NCBI RefSeq assembly: GCF_036365525.1
Contig: NC_090393.1
Span: 54,638,488-54,702,487 of the forward strand
Source of the DNA: Heterodontus francisci
Taxonomy: Eukaryota
Direction: 5' to 3'
Length of the DNA: 64,000 nucleotides
Part shown: one piece after another, positions 12,493-23,452 of the stretch
Numbering within the stretch: position 1 is the stretch's first letter
Layout: each line of letters opens with the position of its first letter
Notes under the pieces: generated by a model
What the model saw: the letters and a program-made list of their open reading frames with translations, nothing else
Told to the model about the DNA's origin: nothing
Databases searched by the model: none
Translations under genes and position numbers: made by a program

Positions 12493-13189
12493 TCGCACAG
12501 GCCATTGGTATGCTGAAGATGCGCTTCCACTGCCTCAATAGATCTGCTGGAGCCCTACAGTATGCATCACACAGGTTTGCGTACATCATTGTAGTCTGCT
12601 GCGTTCAACACAACATCATTCTACAGAGCGGTATGGCCCTGCAAGATGAAGAAATATGGGAGCATGAGACATCCTCTGACAATGAGGACACAGAGGGCAA
12701 AACAAGGACAAGCACACATGGGTAATCAGAGAGCAGTGATGGATGCCAGACATGATAAGCAGCGAGCAAGGAAGGCAAGGCACAGACTGATAATTGTGTA
12801 TTTCCACAACCAACAATTTCAATAAAAATGTTTGCGAACAAAACTCACCATCGTGCATGCAGTCTCAAGTCCTGATCCTCCATTACGGTTATCTCTCCAG
12901 CATGACTGGCAGCAACAAACTGCGACATTGCCCATGTGACATCATACTTGCAATTAAACATCATCCATATTGGCATGCCAAAGATGTCAGTGGTCACATT
13001 GGCAATAATGTCAGGGTTATGATGTAATTGAAAGACACATAATTAGTGCGTGGTGGAATGTCGCTCGCAGAAAATAAAGGCTGATGATTGGCAGGAAATC
13101 GCATTTAATTAAAGTAAACATGATTTTATTCTCGCATCCTGAATATCCATATGTGTCAAGGTGTCTTTATAACACCTTTGTCATAAAGT

Positions 13190-14225
13190 CATAGAGTCAT
13201 AGCATCGTACAGCATAGAAACAGGCCCTTCGGCCCACCACGTCCATGCTGACCATAATGCCTAAATATACTAATCCCACCTGCTGCATTAATTCCATATC
13301 CCTCTATGCCGTGCTCATTCAAGTACCTGTCCAGATGCCTCTTAAATGTCGCTACTGAACCTGCCTTCACCACGTCCTCAGGCACCTCATTCCAGATATC
13401 CACTATTCTTTGTGTGAAAAATTTAACCTTTAAACCTCCTCCCTCTCACTTTAAATCTATGCCCTCTAAAAAAAATGTTTTTTTAATCGAAGCTGGCACT
13501 GACCCATCTAATCCATGAGCCTCGACTTTTTAACTAACCTTATCAAATGCTTTCTTAAAAACCATCTAGACAACCTTCACTGCATTCCATTCATCAACCT
13601 TCTATTTTACTTCATCAAAATTTCAAATAAATTAGTCAAATACGATCTGCATTTTACAAATCCATGCTGGCTCTCCTTCATCAGCTCAAACCACACCAAG
13701 ACCCTTTTGATTTATGTTCCTTGACTATTATTTCTAAAATGTTACCCACCACTGATGTTAAACTGATTGGCCTGTACTGACTAGGAATGTCCTTACACCC
13801 TTTCTTGAACTTTTGCCACTTTCCAATCCTCTGGCATCTCCCCCACATCTAGGGAAGATTGGAATGTTATGGCAAGACCTTCTGCTATCTCCACTCCCAG
13901 TTCCTTTAGCAACCTGGGACGAAAGCCATCTGGGCTAGGTGATTCATCCATAGCCAGCATTTCCAGTACATCCTGCTTATTAATTTTCACCACATCCATT
14001 TTCTCTACCATCTCCGTTTCTACTGATATTTTGTCAGCATCATCTTCCTTAGTAAACATCGAAGTACTCAATAGGTGGTCTAGCTTTTCCCTGTACCTCT
14101 AAGCATATGTCACCTTCTTTGTCCCGAATAGGCCTCACAGTGCCTCTTACTATTGCTTACTATTACATGTTGGTAGAAGATTTTTGGTTTCCCCATTATG
14201 TTAGCTTCCAGTCCCATCTCACCAT
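13190..14225 (-). mobile_element. CR1 LINE fragments (3' end of the element that is full-length in unit B, plus an older fragment)
   Basis: WNEVPEDVVKAGSVATFKRHLDRYL; SPSPDGFRPRLLKE...PEDWKVA. Confidence 0.85.
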
Positions 14226-14227
14226 TA

Positions 14228-15110
14228 TGTTATGACTGCGGCGGGAGCAACACATTGTCAATTCAGTCCCCTCACTCCACAGGTCGCAGCATACTATTAA
14301 GCTTTCAAACCCAATTGGAAAACAGCCAAATTAAACACTCTCGTAACCCAAGAATGAAACAGACCAAACTAGGTACCTTTAGAGAACAACAAATTAACTA
14401 TTTATTAAAACTAAATCTCAAATACTATTAAGATAAAACTATGGCGAAAGACTATATAACTTCTTATTTTAATCTAAATGCCCCATTCACACACATACAT
14501 TCAAAAACCAACAGTTAATCAGTTTTAAAAGTGGTGTATTTAAAATTAACTGTCTCTTAAGAATAAATAAAATAAGTAAGTTTTTGCAGGTTACGTTGCT
14601 GATGGTCTTCTAATGTGGAAATAGTCAAAGGCCACTCGAAGTCTTCATCTGGATTTGATGAAAATAGTCCTTCAGCAGATAGATATTCAACTCTTCAGCT
14701 GCAGCAAGCATTAAACAGTTCTTTGAATGATAAGCACAGCAATACAAACGGTTTCTTCCAAAATCAGGCTTTTCTTCTTTATTCAGGGAATTAACTTGGC
14801 TGGTAGCTCCTTGTCGAATTTTCTGCTGAGAGGAAATATACAGTTTTCTCTCTTCAGTACGCTTCACTGGAAAATCTCTGAAAACTAACTGGTTTCAGCT
14901 GGTTTCTGCCATTTCCACACACAGTCAAAGTGGAAACATCATACCATGTGAACTCTCTCTCCTGCTGTTGCCCAGGGCATCAAAAATGCAGCTGTGGCGC
15001 ACTGTGTCCCCAGACCTTTCTTTCCCTTAAAGGTGCACTGATTTAACAGAGTCTTAAAGGTCCACACACTGTTTTAATTCGAGGAGAAAAATATTTACAA
15101 GTCCGTGACA
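14228..15110 (-). mobile_element. Solo LTR related to the LTR at 8366-9328
   Basis: Begins tgttatgac (reverse complement of the LTR end gtcataaca) and ends ccgtgaca (reverse complement tgtcacgg vs LTR start tgtcatgg). Subterminal similarity is present; no matching TSD. Confidence 0.7.
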
Positions 15111-17730
15111 ACTGGAATTCAGCAGTTTAGTCCATGTTTGGACCAAGGCTGTAATTAGTTCTAGAGCCAATTGAGTGCCAGTGAGCAGGTTATTGCCAAG
15201 TACATACCACTTGACAGCACTGCTGACAACACCTTCCAGCAGCTTGCTGATGACTGAGAATAGACTGATAGGGTGGTAATTAACCAGGCTGATTTGCCCA
15301 GCTTTTGGTGGACAGGACATACCTGGGCAATTGGTAGATGCCAGTGTTGTGTCTGGACTGGAACAGCTTGGCTGGAGGTGCAACTAGTTCTGTGGCACAA
15401 GCCTTAAGTAATACAGCAGGGATGTTGTTACGGCCCATAGCCATTGTGGTATCCAGTGCCTTTAGCCATTTCTTGGTAGCAAATGGAATGAATCAAATTG
15501 GCTGAAGTCTGCCATCTTTTTATTTTATTCATTTCATGAGGTGTGTCTCTGGCAAGGGCAGCATTTGTTGCCCATCCCTAATTGCCCTTGAGAAAGTGGT
15601 GGCAAGCTTCCTTCTTGAACTGCTACAGTCCATCTGGTGGGGGTACTCACACAGTGCTATTAGGGATGGAGTTCCAGGATTTTTGTTCAGTGAAAGTGAA
15701 GGAACAGCGATATATTTCCAAGTTTGGAAGGAGTGTGGCTTGGAGGGGTGCTTACAGATGGTGGTGTTCCCACATGTCTGCTGCCTTTGTACTTCTAGGT
15801 GGGAGAGGTGGCGTGTTTGGAAGGTGCTATGGAAGGAGGCATGGGGAGTTGCTGCAGTGCATTTTGTAAATGGTACATCCTGCTGCCACTGTGCGCTGGC
15901 GGTTGAGGGAGTGAATGTTTAAGATGGTGGATGGGGTGTAAATCAAGCATGCTGCTTTATCCCGGATGGTGCCATGCTTCCTGAGTATTGTTGGAGCCGC
16001 ACTCATCCATGCAAGTGAAGAGTATACCATCACACTCCTGAATTGTGTCTCATAGATGGCGGACAGTCTTTGGGGAGTCAGGAGGTGGGTTACTCACCAC
16101 AGAAGTCCGAGCCTCTGACCTACTCTTGCAGCCACAGTATTTATGTGACTGCTCCAGTTCCGTTTCAGGTCAATTGTAACACTGAGGATGCTGATAGCAG
16201 GGGATTTTGTGATGGCAATGCCGTTCAAAGTCAAGGGGAGATGATTGGATTCTCTCTTGTTGGAGATTATTAATGACTGGCACTTCTGTGGTGCAGATGT
16301 GCAGATGTTACTTACCATTTATCAGCCCAAGCCTGAATGTTGTCCATGTCTTGCTGAATAAGGACATGGACTGCATCACTATCTCTGATGGTAGTGGCCT
16401 CAGGTAGAGGTTGATATGGATCAGCACTTCATGCTGAAGATTGTTGCAGTGCTTCAGCTTTGTCTTTGGCATTCTCACGCTGGCTTCTTTCCCCCCTTGA
16501 GGATTGGAATAGACATGAAGAATCCTCCTCCCATTCGTTGTCAACTTTGTTTACCACCATTCGCGACTGGATTGGGCAGGACTGCAGATTTTGGTCTGAC
16601 CCATTGATTGTGGGGTTGCTTAATTCTGTCCAAAGCATACTGCTTCTGTTGTTTAGCTTGCATGTAGTCCTGTGCTTCAGTTTCACCAGTCATACAGCTC
16701 ACTTTTAAGTATGCCTGGTGTTACCCGTGGCATGTTGCCCAACACTGCTAATTGAACCCGGATTTAGAGCATGGCCACCCAACCCGAACCCGACCAGAAC
16801 CGATGATATGTGTCAGGTTTGGGTCGGGTCGTATCTCTCTTCCAGGTCCGGCATTGGGGCTCGGGTCGGGTCCGGCTGGGTCGGACATAGTGCTGCCTTT
16901 TGATCAGGGAGGGAAAAGCTTCAAAATTTGAACAGCCAGGACATCAAGGCAGGAAATCTGCATCTGGGCTCTGCACTAGTCTGCAGTGCATGATTCCATT
17001 CAAGGTAGAGCACAACCTCGTTGATATAATCAACTTCATTCCAGCCTTCCTGTCGTGTCGGGTTGGGTCGGATCAGGCGCAGGAACAAATCAAAGGACTC
17101 AGGATGGATCGGATTCGGGTTGGATGTGGTTCTCTCGGGCCCCGGTCGGGTTTCAATTGCATACCTTTGCAGGCCTTTACCAGGGTTAGCCCTCTCGCCT
17201 AATGGTGATAGTAGAGTGTGGCCATGAGATTACAGATTGTGTTTGAATATAATTCTGCTGCTTTTGATGTCTCACAGTGCTTCAAGGATGTCCCGTTCTG
17301 AGCTTTTAGATCTGTTCTGCTTTATCCCATTTTGTATGGTGCTACTGGCAGGGAACATGATGGAGGGTTTCCTCAATGTGAAGGCAGGACTTTGTCTTCA
17401 CAAGGACTGTGTAGTGGTGACTCCTAACAACACTATCATAGACCGATGCATCTGCAACTGAGAGGCTGATGAGGACTGGCTCAGGTAGGTTTTCCAACAT
17501 GATTCTTCTCTCACTACCTGCTTCAGACCCAGTGTGGCAGCTATATGCTTCAGGACTCAGTCAGCTTCATCAGTAGTGGTGCTACTGAGCCACCTTTGGT
17601 GCTGGATATTTAGGTCCCTCACCCAGATTATATTCTGAGCACTTGCGACTATCAGTGCTTCTTCAGGTGGTGTTCAGCATAGAGGAGGACTTATTTATCA
17701 GCCGAGGGAGGGCTGTAGGTGATAATCAGC
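15111..17730 (-). mobile_element. Rearranged fragments of a CR1/L2-group LINE. A related + strand copy lies at ~43988-45095
   Basis: YHPISLFSVISKLLEGVV, ITALVQTWTK, YSSLAWMSAAPT. The other copy has EYSPLAWMGAAPTTLKKLDTIQDKAA. Confidence 0.75.
16765..17179. mobile_element. hAT-type MITE with AACCCGA/TCGGGT subterminal repeats
   Basis: Imperfect TIR tagag.../...cttta, degenerate 8-bp TSD cccggatt/ccagggtt, and clusters of aacccga/tcgggt at both ends. Interrupts the LINE. Confidence 0.65.
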
Positions 17731-19142
17731 CATAAGAATTTATGGAGCCGAAATTATTTTAAGGACTCCCAGGTTCAGTCCTTCCCAAGCATATACCAAT
17801 GCGCCTTCACCTCTGGTGAGTCTGGACGGACTTTTATGTTGGGCAGGAGGTCCCGCCCACCGGCCAAAAGTTCGAGGATGGGCCCACCTCTGCTGGGCCT
17901 GTGGGCCACGCCAGGATTTTACACTCCCCAGGCTCTTACTTGCCGCTGCTACCCCTCATAAAATTGCAGTGCCCATTTAGAACAGAGATGAGGAGAAAGT
18001 TTTTCTCTCAGAGGGTCGTAAGTCTTTGGAACTCTCATCCTCCAAAGGCGGTGGAAGAGGTACTTAGAATGGTGATAAACAAGGGGGTGAAAGGTTATTG
18101 GTGGTAGGCAGGAATGGGAAGTTGAGGTTACAATCAGATTAGCCATGATCTTGTTGACTGGCGGAGGAGGCACGAGCGGCCAGGTCGTCTACTGCAGCAC
18201 CGAATTCGTTTGTTCGGATGTTCGGATGTCATCCCTGTGTCATATGTTACAGCACCAGCAGGTGGCAATCTTGCACCACATTTATTTGGTACACAAATGT
18301 CAATGGCATCTCAGACATTTCTTATGAGTAAAGATAAGAATATTTTGTGATTAAATATATCACATTTTATCAAAATATTAACAACTTAAAGATATTTGTC
18401 TCTCAATTAGCCACAATTATTTACATCAAACCTTTGATACTTCCGAAATTGTCTTTAATATTTCCCGTTGCTTGGGTTTGGCTTGCAAAATGCGAACAAT
18501 ATAAATGAATCCTTGCAAAGCAGAGCAAGCACAGAACGATCGCGGATGTCATCCATCTGTGCAGTTGCCTTGTCAGCAAACGCAGCCCATCTAAACCTCT
18601 GGCTCTCAAACAGAGCTCCCCAGACCCCTGGGGTCCGCAGTGACCTTCTGTGCTGTCCGTGTGCGGGACAACCTTATAGTTGGACGGCTGTCCAGGGCAC
18701 CGTAACCAAGGGTATGCAAGTGAACGGCGATCGCAGCCGTGCTCTGCTGCATCGTGCTCCTCTAGTGTTTTTTTCCGTGATCTGCTTCCCCCGTGATGCG
18801 ATTCCCGCCATTCTCCTGCTCTCTCCGAGCTGCTGCCAATATTAGACAGACTATGCAGTGAGAAGCAGGCACTCCCATTGCACTGTTATCTATAAGTAAA
18901 TACCGGTCTTCTAAAAACCGTTCTTAAAAACAATTTTTACATGCATCACTTTCATATTTTGAGCTTTACATAGTATTATAATTGGGGCTGGGTGGGTGGC
19001 ATGATTACTAATCTATTAATCCATCAAAAGGAGTCCTTTAGTGAAAAAGATTTGAGAACCACTGGACTAGAGAAACTGGGGCTTCTCTCAGAGTAGAGCA
19101 CGTTAAAGAGAGATTTGTTCGAGGTGTTCTTGAAGGAACAGA

Positions 19143-21870
19143 AAAGCAAAATAGTGAGAATACTACAAATCTGAAATAGAAACAGAAAATGCTGGAAATA
19201 CTCAGCAGGTCTGCCAGCATCTGTGGAGAGAGGAACAGAGTTAACTTTTCATGTCGATGACCCTTCACTAGAACTGGTAAACGTTATAAATGTAAAAGAT
19301 TAAAAGTAGTACAAATGCGGGAGGGTGGAAATAGAACAAAATGGAAGGTCTGTGATAGGGTGGAAGTTGGAAGACATTGAATGACAAAGGAGTTGGTGAG
19401 GCAGAGTGAAAGGGAGTAGTAATGGCACAAGTAAAGAAACAAAATATGTGTCCAGAAGTGGTGTGAATGGCAGCATAATGAACAGCTACAATCCAAAAGC
19501 AAAAACAAGAGAAAACGTGCGAAAAACAAGATAGTCGAAACATGCAAAGAAAATGTATTAAAATTGGGGCAGAGATTAGTGTCTGGAATTGTTGAACTCA
19601 GTATTGAGTCCAGAGGGCTGTCGAGTGACTAATCAAAAGATGAGGTACTGCTCCTCAAAATTACGTTGAGCTTCATTGGAACACTGCAAAAGGCCGAGGA
19701 CAGAGATGTCAGCGTGAGAACATGATGGAGAATTAAAGTGGCAGGTCACTGGAAGCTTGGGGTCATGCTTGTGGCTGACCAGAGGTGTTCCACAAATTGT
19801 TCACCCAATCTGCATTTATTCTCCTTAATGTAGAGCAGATTCCATTGCGAGCAGCATAAACGGTGGATAGGTTACTAGGCTGCTTCCCCTCGCAGGAGTG
19901 TTTGAGGCCTTGGACAGTGAGACGAGATGAAGCAATGGAGCAGGTCTTGCATCTCCCGTGCTTGCATGGAAGGGGACAGGGTGTTGGGTGTGAGAGAGGA
20001 GTGGAGCAGGATTTCACGGAGGGAATGTTCCCTCCAGAATGCTGAATGGGGAGGGGAGCGAAAATGTGTTTGATGGTGGCATCAAGCTGGATGTGACAGA
20101 AATGGTGGAGTTGATCCATTGAATGTAGAAGCTGGTGGGGTAGAAGCTGAGGACAAGGAGAAACCTATTGTGGCTCTGGGAGGGACGGGAAGGGTTGACA
20201 GCAGAAGTGTGCGATATGGGTCAGACATGGTTGAGGGCCATGTCAGCCACGTTGGGAGGTGGGGAGTTGCGGGGATAGAATCCTTGGTTGAGGAAGAAGG
20301 GAGACATATCAGAAGCGCTGGTGTGGAAGGTTGCAGCATCAGAATAGAGATGGAGAAACTGGGAGAATGGAATGGAGTCCGTACAGGAACTAATGTGAGT
20401 AAGTGTAGTTGAGGTAGCTGAGCCAGTCAGTGGGCTTATTATGACTATTTTGTTTATCACCCATCACTATAAATGAAAACGGAGAGGCAAAGGAGGAGAA
20501 GCGGGGTTGGAGATTGATCATGAGAAGGTGAGAGAAGGGCAGAAATTGGAATCAAAGTTGATAAACATTTCCAGTTCAGAGCGAGAGCAGGGAATGACAC
20601 TGATACATTCATCAATGTACTGGAAATAGAGTTGAGGGACGGGGTACAAGGAATATTCCACATTTTCCACAAAAAGGCGGGTATAGCTAGGACCTATGTG
20701 GGTAGCCATAGCAACACCTTTTATCTGGAGGAAGTGAGATGAGTTAAAGAAGAATTTATTCAATGTGAGAACAAGTTCAAACGGGCATAAATGTATGGTG
20801 GTGGATGGAAACTAGTTGCACCTCCATTCAAAGAAGAAGTGGAGAGCCCTCAAACCATCCTGGTGGGGGATGGAGGTGTGGAGAGATTGGACGTCCATGG
20901 TGAAGAGAAGATGGTTATGGCCGGGAAATTGGAAACTGTTGAAGTGACAGTGGGCATCAGAAGAGTCACGGATGTAGGTAGGAAAGACTGGACAAGGGAA
21001 GAAAAAAATTGATCCGAGAGGAAGAAATCAGTTCAGTAGGGCAGGAACAGGTTGAAGCAATATATCTCTTTGGGTAGTCCTGTGTGTGGATCCTGGGAAG
21101 CAGGTGGACGTGGGCTTTTAGGGGTTGGGGAACTATGAGGTTCGAAGCTGTGGAGGGATGATCTCCAGTCGTGGAAATAATGGTTTGGTGTTTGGTGCTG
21201 TGGTTATTCTCCAGGGAGAGGTAGGAGGAAGTGTCAGAGAGTTGGTGTTCAGCATCTGCAAGGTAGAGGTCAGTTTGTCAGTCAACAATAGCACCATTCT
21301 TGTCAGCAGCTTTGATAATGATGTTAGGGTTGGACCTGAGACAACAGAATGTAGTCAGTTCAGAGGGAGATAGGTTACAGTAAGAGTGGGGTGCAGAGAA
21401 ATTGAGACGGCTAATGTGAGGTTGCATTTCGCAATGAAAAGATCAAGAGAGATAAGAGGCAGGGGAGGAGGGGGTGGGGGTGGGGGGGGGGGGGTGGTTG
21501 GCGTTGCTAGGTGGAGGGAGAATACTGGAAATGGGTAAACTGGTTTGATGTGTGAAGGGAGGACTCCTGGCCAAAGACGTCGGCGCAGAGGCAAAGACAA
21601 TGGAAAAAGAGCTCAATATCGTGCCGAGATCAAAATTCTTTGAGGTAGGCCGTAAGGGAATAAAGCTGAATCCTTTACGAAGAACCGATTGTTCAGGGTC
21701 AAGGAGGGGAATGTGGGAAGTTATTGTGAATACACGGCAAGAGGTGAGATTAGAAGAAGGGATGTTGTCAGAAGTAAGTGAAGGGGAGAAAGATCTGGAG
21801 GGGCATTCGTACCCCTGAGTTGTTTGAGCCTGCGATCTTTAACAACTGACATGAAGATAAAAACATTTCT
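19143..21870 (-). mobile_element. Penelope-like retroelement (RT + GIY-YIG remnant), unit A
   Basis: FFFNSSHFLQIKGVAMATHIGPSYTRLFV...YFQYIDE (PLE RT), thumb motif DSIPFSQFL, a Cys-rich/GIY-YIG-like remnant, and a 3' repeat containing a degenerate hammerhead. Confidence 0.85.
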
Positions 21871-22215
21871 TGAAGCAATTTGATAGAGTAAATAAGCAGA
21901 AAGTCTTTCCAGTGGCAGAGGGTTCGGCAACCGGAGGTCACAGATTTAAGGTAATTTGGGAAAAGAACAGAAGAGCAAGGAGGAAAACAAAGACACGCCA
22001 GTTGTTTTGATCTGGAATACATCAGCTGAAATGTTGGTGGGAGAAGATTTAATAATAACTTTCGAAAGGGAATTTGACAATCACTTGAAGTTGGGAAATA
22101 CAGAGTGTTCTGGAGAAAGACGAGGGCAGTGGATCTAATTTGATGGCTGCTTCACAGAGCCGACATAGGTGCTGTGGGCCGATTGGCTTCCTTCTGTGCT
22201 GTTTAATTCCATGAA
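21870..22215 (+). mobile_element. Old CR1 3' fragment (paralog ~51230-51575)
   Basis: ggtcacagatttaaggtaatt...gggccgattggcttccttctgtgctg matches a CR1 3' end. Confidence 0.7.
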
Positions 22216-22757
22216 TCTATGTACTATCTGAGACACTATCTGCAACCACGACGGCCAGTGCTCTCAGTGTACTGATTAGATCGTTATTTCTTGATCTCTC
22301 TCTGTGCCTTTCAGTTGGACAATGAGAATGGAATTTCGCACAACAGTGACATCGAACAGATGATTTCACTTTGCCGTTTTTCATAAATATCACAAGTCTA
22401 ATGAACAACTGTTATATTTGACTCATTTACCCTTCATTTTTCAATTCATTGGCATGACATTCTAAACCTCACCGTTTCCTGTGACACAAATAACTTGCCC
22501 GGATCCATTAATAAAACATCTTGCGGAAAGCACCATTTCCTCGTCCACATTTTTCTCACAAAGTTTAACTCACCAAGACTTCCCAAGAAGTGCACTATTG
22601 TCACCTCATTGCAGGGCAAGATGAAAATAAAACATTTCGATCTGTTTGTTAAACCTTCATTCATTTCCATGATCGATCGATCGATCGATCTATCTATCTA
22701 TCTATCTCTGATGTCAACAGGGACAGTGCCCAATTTCTTTAATTCCTTGCTGCAAAC

Positions 22758-23030
22758 TTGTGTGGAGTTTGCAAGTTCTCCCTGTGTCTGCGTGGGTTTT
22801 CTCCGGGTGCTCGGGTTTCCTCCCACAAGCCAAAAGACTTGCAGGTTGGTAGGTAAATTGGCCATTATAAATTGCCACTAGTATAGGTAGGTGGTAGGGA
22901 AATATAGGGACAGGTGGGGATGTGGGAGGAAAATGGGATTTGTGTAGGATTAGTATAAATGGGTGGTTGATGGTCGGCACAGACTCGGTGGGCTGAAGGG
23001 CCTGTTTCAGTGCTCTATCTCTAAACTAAA
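22758..23030 (+). mobile_element. 5'-truncated HE1-type SINE ~300 bp upstream of the gene 1 octamer; absent from unit B
   Basis: Core tgtggagtttgcaagttctccctgtgtctgcgtggg and CR1-derived tail gaagggcctgtttcagtgct..ctaaactaaa. Empty site tgcaaacaaatcaaat at 52141. Confidence 0.92.
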
Positions 23031-23305
23031 CAAATCAAATCTCAACTCATACTTTGCTTATCCAATGTGCTCTTCCCGAGGTCCATAGAGCTAATAAAGC
23101 ATTTACTATGCTCAAGTTTTCCTCTATTATAACCTTTACCCTTCCAAAACCCAAACATAATCGTTGTTTCATGTCTCGCTGCACCGTTTGTTTTGCCGTT
23201 TTCAATCATTCTCGTCATTGACGTTTTGTTTCTCTTTTTCTAAAATGGCTGACATGCGCGTAATTCAAATATCAGTCAACACAGGACATGGGATCCCGTG
23301 ACCTG

Positions 23306-23376
23306 ATTTACATGAATGGAAATTTGCATGCAAATGTAATATTCAATGACGTTGCGAAGGTTGAAGCTTTTTAAGG
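23306..23376 (+). promoter_or_regulatory. IgL gene 1 promoter: octamer, CRE-like and TATA-like elements
   Basis: ATTTGCAT at 23322-23329 overlaps ATGCAAAT at 23328-23335, ~125 bp upstream of the ATG. Also a variant ATTTACAT at 23306-23313, TGACGT at 23347-23352, and tttttaa at ~23368. Confidence 0.85.
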
Positions 23377-23452
23377 AGAGGTTTAGAAAGAGCCCAGAAC
23401 CACATTCGTGTCACGAACTATTCTCCATCAGACCCTCACTGGAACCTTCACC

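Larger units (their letters stand above)
7640..12760 (+). mobile_element. PIF/Harbinger (HARBI1-like) transposase remnant, split by an LTR element at 8366-12492
   Basis: 5' part GVSQSTVHRCIKEVTDAL...GMIDCTHLAI...VQLVCDH...FPGSCHD...STRVII resumes after the LTR element as AQAIGMLKMRFHCLNRSAGALQY...IIVVCCVQHN. The 3' part also occurs at ~38750-39000. Confidence 0.88.

Noticed and set aside
21463-21497. Poly-G tract or poly-Pro ORF as a functional G-quadruplex or switch-like region
   Set aside because: It lies within a decayed Penelope element and is much shorter in unit B; simple homopolymer expansion.
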